Of a DNA stretch of 64,000 nt, positions 59,340-64,000 are shown piece by piece. Source of the stretch: a candidate division WOR-3 bacterium (GTDB lineage Bacteria; Hydrothermota; Hydrothermia; LBFQ01); NCBI GenBank assembly GCA_039802605.1, contig JBDRWW010000008.1, positions 1-64,000 of the forward strand, written 5' to 3'. The notes under the pieces were generated by a model. It saw nothing but the letters and a program-made list of their open reading frames with translations, searched no databases and was not told the DNA's origin. A program made the position numbers and the translations under genes. The stretch's first letter is position 1, and the number at the start of each line of letters is the position of its first letter.

Positions 59340-62300
59340 TTAACTTTGTATTTTCTCATTTTCTACCCCCAAATATAAGGATAATATAACTTCCTCCTTT
59401 TCTTTTCTCTTTTCTCCCTTTTTGTCATATCTTCTGATAAAATCGGGTGGAATCACCTTTTGAAGAATGGCGATTACTTTCTGGGGATCTTTCATCTCAC
59501 TTCCAAGATTTTCTAACCCTTTAAGGGCTCTTCTAACGGTATTTTTAGGTATAGATCTAACCTCAAGGCTAGTTATCAAATCCCTTATGTATTCTTTCTG
59601 ATCCTCGGTAAACGATTTGGAATTTTGAATTGCTTTCAGTGTTTTGAAAAGTTCATCAAAAATGTTCTTACCACGCTTATGGTTTCCAATTATTACTCCT
59701 TCCGAAAATGCTTCTTTTTTGTTTTTTTTGAGTAATTCATAATAGTCTTGAAGCGGTAGATTTACCCTTTTTTCATCCGGTGAGCTTTCAAGAATTTTTG
59801 CGGCGGTCAGAAAATCAACTTCAACCGTCTTTTCTTTATCCGATAATAAGAATTTCATAAGTTTCCCCTTCCTGAAAAATGTAAGAAGCGAACCCGGTTG
59901 AGCGATGTCTTTGAGGTTTTCCGAAAACACTTTGGATGTGCGCGCTTTTTTAGGAAGTCGTTTTATTTTTTCAAAAAGTTCGGGGTTCTTATACCGTATC
60001 TCCTCAATAATTTTTAAGTATTTCAGCTCGCTCTCTTCAACCCCTTCATCTTCTTCAATAATGGTTTTCCTGGAAAGGAGTTTATCAAAAAGTTCGTGCG
60101 AAGCTATGGGTTCCCCTTCCGTCAAAATTGCGGAATCGCCTCCGAGTAAGGTCAGGAACGCTTCTATTTTTGACCGAGCTATTTTTGTAAGTTCAATTTC
60201 GGATTCCGCCTGTTTTGTTGGGAAAAAGTTAAATGTATAAATCCTATCAAACTTTGTATCTATGCGATTCACCCTTCCAACCCTTTGCATAAGCCTTACC
60301 GGATTCCAAGGTATGTCGTAATTTATAACTATATTTGAGCGGTGGAGATTAACGCCTTCCGAAAGGGTTTCGGTTGAAACTAGAATTCGGTAATCGTCTT
60401 TTTGGTTTTTTGCCCTTGCATCAAAATTTTCAATAACCTTATCCTTTACATATTCCGGTGATTCGCCGTGAAACAAAAGGACTACTTCCCCAAACCTTTC
60501 CTTTATTTTCGCGGTTAGATACTCCGCGGTTTCCTTTGATTCCGTGAAGATTATAATTTTTTTATCTTTAAGAATGGGGTTATTTTCTAACTCGTATAAA
60601 AGTTTTTCAATTTTCGGGTCCCTTTTTATTCCTTCCCACATTGATTTTATTTGATTTAGAATTTCAAGGTCGTTTTGCAAGTCCTCTTCCAATTGTGGTG
60701 TGAAATCCGAGCTTGGAAATCTTCTAACTTTTCCCTCATCAATGAGTTTCTGAATCGCTTCATCGTCTCCCTTTTCAACGAGATCAAAAACCTTGTTTAT
60801 GTAATCTTTACCTATATATACATTTCCTTTTTGATATTCACTGATGAACATTTCGTATGAACGAATAAACCTTTCAATAGTTTTTCTGAATGCATAGAAA
60901 CTACTTTCAAGACGCTTTACGAGGAGAACCTTCATAAATCCACCCAAATTTCGTTGAGCCTGCTCTTCGTATGGAATACGTTCTTTCAAGTATAGCAATG
61001 GCATATAACGGGCATATTTGAAATCTTGGGTTATAAGCTCAACGGTTTTCATAAAGATTCTATCTTCTTCATCGTTGAGTTGATAATAAAAAGGTTTTGG
61101 ATCTTCAACCTCCGGAAATTTTATATTGTTTTTCTCAAGGTCTTCTTTAAAGTATTTCTGAATTTCAGACCTAGTTCTTCTTACCATAATATATTTGAGG
61201 ACTTTATCGCGTATCTCTCTCGCATTTTCTCTTGATATTTCTAAGAACCTGTTGTAATCTTTATGACGATAGGCCTCTTTTAACCTTTTTTCAAGCCCAT
61301 TGAAGAAACTTTCAAGGTCTGGAACACCGGGAATTGTGCTTTTTTTGGGGCTTTGGAAGAGTTTTATCTGGGCGAGTATATCTTTTGGAGAGTTATTGTA
61401 AGGTGTGGCGGAAATTAGTATTATCCTCTTATTACGACAGATTTCAAAAAGTTTTTCGTAGCTTATTGTTGATTCATTTCTAAATCGGTGGGATTCGTCT
61501 ATGATAATATTCTTATATTCCCTTTCTTGCACCAATTTTTTTGCTTCATCAAGTTTTCCAATAGATATAAATTCTGCTGGAATACGGAAATCGGAAAACA
61601 CATTTGGCCAAGAACCCGGATTATTCCTGTTAAGTAGCGAAGGCGGCGCTATAACGAGCGTCCTACCATCAAGCTGCTTGGCAAGCATGGCGGCAATATA
61701 TGTTTTCCCCAAACCTACCACATCCGATATAAAAACGCCTCCATACTCCTCCAATATTTTTTTAGCGTTTAAAACCGCTTGTTCTTGATATTTCAACCTT
61801 TTAAAGCCCTCGGGTAAGAAGTCTAAGAATATATCGTCGGTTTCTGATAAATCATCTTTAAAGTACTCGTATAAAAATTTGAGATAAAGTTCATAAGGTG
61901 TGATATTTTTATTAAACCAAGTCCTCTCATTTATAGTTCGCAGGTATTCCTCATTAACATCAACGGCATTTTCCCACAATTCCTCAAATTTTTGCAATGC
62001 AAACTCGTAATCCGCACGGTTTTTCAGTTCAACATTGAATTCAAGATTATCTTCAAGACCCGATTTTGTGAAATTGCTTGAACCGGTAATAACTCTGCCA
62101 ACATCCCTATCACCCTCTTTGAATGTAATAATATACACTTTTGCATGGATTTTTCTTGAAGGATAGGCCCTTATTTGCAATTTCCCTTCTTTTATCCACT
62201 CAACAAACTTGCGAATACCCTCTTCAACATGTAAATCATCTTCGGAATTTGTCATTTCATCTTCTATCAACCTTTCTACTTCTTGTTTGGTTTCGTGCTC

Positions 62301-62522
62301 CGATATTAAATTAAATGTTTTCCTATCCGTTCCTATTCCTATGAGTATTCTAATCCTTTCCGCATTCTCCAAAGCCTTATATAACGCGTGAAAACCGCTT
62401 ATATAAAAGTACGCGACAATGCAATCAAAATATCTGCAATCTTTTACCAACTGCACAAACCTGTCCCTTAAAGTTTTGCCCCCCTCATTCACTATAAAGG
62501 TTAAATCCAAATCCTTAACCAT
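59340..62522 (-). CDS. PLD-nuclease domain fused to SNF2-like SF2 helicase
   Basis: IHAKVY...GSSNFT..GL..N.E.N (PLD), DVVGLGKT, DESH, SATP, SEGVNL, QRVGRVNR. Confidence 0.9.
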   Translation of the reverse strand: MVKDLDLTFIVNEGGKTLRDRFVQLVKDCRYFDCIVAYFYISGFHALYKALENAERIRILIGIGTDRKTFNLISEHETKQEVERLIEDEMTNSEDDLHVEEGIRKFVEWIKEGKLQIRAYPSRKIHAKVYIITFKEGDRDVGRVITGSSNFTKSGLEDNLEFNVELKNRADYEFALQKFEELWENAVDVNEEYLRTINERTWFNKNITPYELYLKFLYEYFKDDLSETDDIFLDFLPEGFKRLKYQEQAVLNAKKILEEYGGVFISDVVGLGKTYIAAMLAKQLDGRTLVIAPPSLLNRNNPGSWPNVFSDFRIPAEFISIGKLDEAKKLVQEREYKNIIIDESHRFRNESTISYEKLFEICRNKRIILISATPYNNSPKDILAQIKLFQSPKKSTIPGVPDLESFFNGLEKRLKEAYRHKDYNRFLEISRENAREIRDKVLKYIMVRRTRSEIQKYFKEDLEKNNIKFPEVEDPKPFYYQLNDEEDRIFMKTVELITQDFKYARYMPLLYLKERIPYEEQAQRNLGGFMKVLLVKRLESSFYAFRKTIERFIRSYEMFISEYQKGNVYIGKDYINKVFDLVEKGDDEAIQKLIDEGKVRRFPSSDFTPQLEEDLQNDLEILNQIKSMWEGIKRDPKIEKLLYELENNPILKDKKIIIFTESKETAEYLTAKIKERFGEVVLLFHGESPEYVKDKVIENFDARAKNQKDDYRILVSTETLSEGVNLHRSNIVINYDIPWNPVRLMQRVGRVNRIDTKFDRIYTFNFFPTKQAESEIELTKIARSKIEAFLTLLGGDSAILTEGEPIASHELFDKLLSRKTIIEEDEGVEESELKYLKIIEEIRYKNPELFEKIKRLPKKARTSKVFSENLKDIAQPGSLLTFFRKGKLMKFLLSDKEKTVEVDFLTAAKILESSPDEKRVNLPLQDYYELLKKNKKEAFSEGVIIGNHKRGKNIFDELFKTLKAIQNSKSFTEDQKEYIRDLITSLEVRSIPKNTVRRALKGLENLGSEMKDPQKVIAILQKVIPPDFIRRYDKKGEKRKEKEEVILSLYLGVENEKIQS

Positions 62523-62609
62523 ATTATTTAAAGGTAAAGGCGTATATTATAAAGTTGGTATCCCCCCTTTCCCATTGAAAATACTTTTTCACCCTTATAA
62601 TATTGTACT

Positions 62610-63536
62610 GTGTTTTCAATAGTTGTTCACGGCGGCGCCGGGGAATGGAAAGAGGATATGTTAAATGAGGCAAAAGATATCTTGGTTTATTCTGCGGAAA
62701 AAGGCATTGAAGTTTTAAAAGATGGTGGAAAACCAATAGATGCGGTTGAGGAAGCCATAAAGGTCTTGGAAGATAGCCCCATATTTAACGCCGGAACGGG
62801 TAGCGTTTTAAGCATTGACGGAAGCGTTGAGATGGATGCCTGTATTGTTAATGATAATCCCCTTTTAATGGGTTCCGTAATAGGGGTTTCAAATGTAAAA
62901 AATCCCATATCCTTGGCCAGGATAGTGGCGGAAAGGACATCGCATCATATAATGTACGGTAAGGGGGCGGAAAGGCTTGCCGATATTTTTCAACTTCCAA
63001 AAGCGGATGTAATAACCGAACGGTCCAAAGAGAGGTTGGAAAGGGTAAAGGAAAAAATATTTAGGGGTGAATTGGATTCTTACGGGTTTATGGAAAAGAC
63101 GGCGGAACTTATAAGGAAATATCCGGAACTCTTCATAGGTACGGTTGGGGCGGTTGCTACGGATGGAATATCCGTATGCGCCGGAACATCAACGGGGGGC
63201 ACATCTATAAAGCTTCCGGGCAGGGTTGGGGATACACCCATACCCGGGGCGGGAACCTGGGCGGAAAGGGGGGTTGGGGCATCCGCTACCGGAATAGGGG
63301 AGGGTATAATTAGGGTTTTATTAACTAAGAGGTTTTGCGATTTTGTCCTAATGGGAATGAAACCGGAATATGCCGCAAAATCGGCCGTAAGTTTAACGGA
63401 TTATCCGGTTGGCATAATAGGCCTTGATAAATTTGGAAATGTGGGTGTTTATTATAACACCCCTTATATGCCCGCGGTTTATATGGTTTTAAAGGAAAAT
63501 AAAAAGGAGGTAAAGGTATATGGAATACACCTTTGA
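62610..63536 (+). CDS. Isoaspartyl peptidase/L-asparaginase (Ntn hydrolase)
   Basis: VHGGAG, FNAG.GS, EMDA, GTVGAVA, TSTGG, GRVGDTP, TG.GE. Confidence 0.93.
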   Translation: MFSIVVHGGAGEWKEDMLNEAKDILVYSAEKGIEVLKDGGKPIDAVEEAIKVLEDSPIFNAGTGSVLSIDGSVEMDACIVNDNPLLMGSVIGVSNVKNPISLARIVAERTSHHIMYGKGAERLADIFQLPKADVITERSKERLERVKEKIFRGELDSYGFMEKTAELIRKYPELFIGTVGAVATDGISVCAGTSTGGTSIKLPGRVGDTPIPGAGTWAERGVGASATGIGEGIIRVLLTKRFCDFVLMGMKPEYAAKSAVSLTDYPVGIIGLDKFGNVGVYYNTPYMPAVYMVLKENKKEVKVYGIHL

Positions 63537-63954
63537 AACCACAACGAGGGTTTTGGTACTTGATGAGAGGGTTTATAAGGGGAAATCCCGTATGTACCTA
63601 TGCGCATCCGAGGATTTGGGGCTTATAAGGGTAGTTGGTAAGGGGCTGTACATGTTGGGAACCTTTGAGGTCTATATAAAAAAGAGCCGCACATTATACT
63701 ACCTTGAAGAGGCAAAACCCATATACGATTACAGGCATGTCCTAAGGAACCCTGTGGTAGTTGAGGCGTATTCAAAGATTTTTAGCACTTTGGACGGGCT
63801 TGAGGGTGAGAAGGAAAACCTGTACGCACCCCTTCTTACCGTTTTGGACAAGCTTGAAAGGGAACCCAGCAACGTTTCTCAAAAAATTTCGCAGCTTTTG
63901 AAGGAAGCAAAGGATGACCCCAAGAGGTTAATAAACGAACTATTGTTGATATGA
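63520..63954 (+). CDS. Short protein with RecO N-terminal OB-fold-like segment
   Basis: VL..R.Y....R.......G.I..V.KG pattern resembles the RecO N-terminus. Confidence 0.4.
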   Translation: MEYTFETTTRVLVLDERVYKGKSRMYLCASEDLGLIRVVGKGLYMLGTFEVYIKKSRTLYYLEEAKPIYDYRHVLRNPVVVEAYSKIFSTLDGLEGEKENLYAPLLTVLDKLEREPSNVSQKISQLLKEAKDDPKRLINELLLI

Positions 63955-64000
63955 GGGGTTTTGCGTTTCCGGGTCAGGGGAGCCAATATGTGGGAATGGG
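63951..64000 (+). CDS. fabD: Malonyl-CoA:ACP transacylase, 5' end (truncated by window)
   Basis: Manual translation MRGFAFPGQGSQYVGMG with the FPGQGSQ signature. Confidence 0.85.
   Translation, partial: MRGFAFPGQGSQYVGM

Noticed and set aside
54154..62610. tRNA-Gln as the attachment site of the defence island
   Set aside because: The island lies on the 5' side of the tRNA, and no duplicated tRNA 3' end or integrase was found
101..62908. Many 60-180 aa ORFs antisense to or nested in identified genes (e.g. 1782..2291, 39488..40024, 44818..45354, 53251..53748)
   Set aside because: Shadow frames of confident genes with no recognisable motifs
1..64000. CRISPR array, IS element, integrase or rRNA
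   Set aside because: None seen; the repeated units near 31.9-32.2 kb are tRNAs

Overview
Gene-dense, AT-rich (by eye) bacterial chromosome segment from a probable thermophile (full-length reverse gyrase) with a diderm envelope (beta-barrel-type and T9SS-CTD-like proteins, Tat). An FCB-related candidate phylum such as WOR-3 is my tentative inference, not a database result. Housekeeping content: split transhydrogenase pntAA/AB/B, coaD, csaA, rplS, rplT-pheS, wecB, dxr, aspS, pyrF, ahcY, an EF-G paralog, rgy, two tatA genes (one missed by the ORF track), purA, and tRNA-Gln-tuf-S10 through rplX. There are six tRNA genes, none encoding CCA. Accessory DNA: an orphan DNA methyltransferase; a methyltransferase/ATP-grasp fusion; a doubly frameshifted ThaI-like R-M cassette flanked by an exact 25-bp direct repeat; and a five-gene putative defence operon (PLD-SNF2 helicase, gamma-class N6 MTase, MNT-HEPN, DUF2851-like). 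The strongest non-obvious signal is gene-expression architecture. Nineteen genes have a TA(T/G/A)AAT -10 box only 7-10 nt before the start codon, implying leaderless or near-leaderless mRNAs. In addition, the ahcY start codon sits 1 nt after the tRNA-Val discriminator, suggesting tRNA 3' processing releases a leaderless mRNA.
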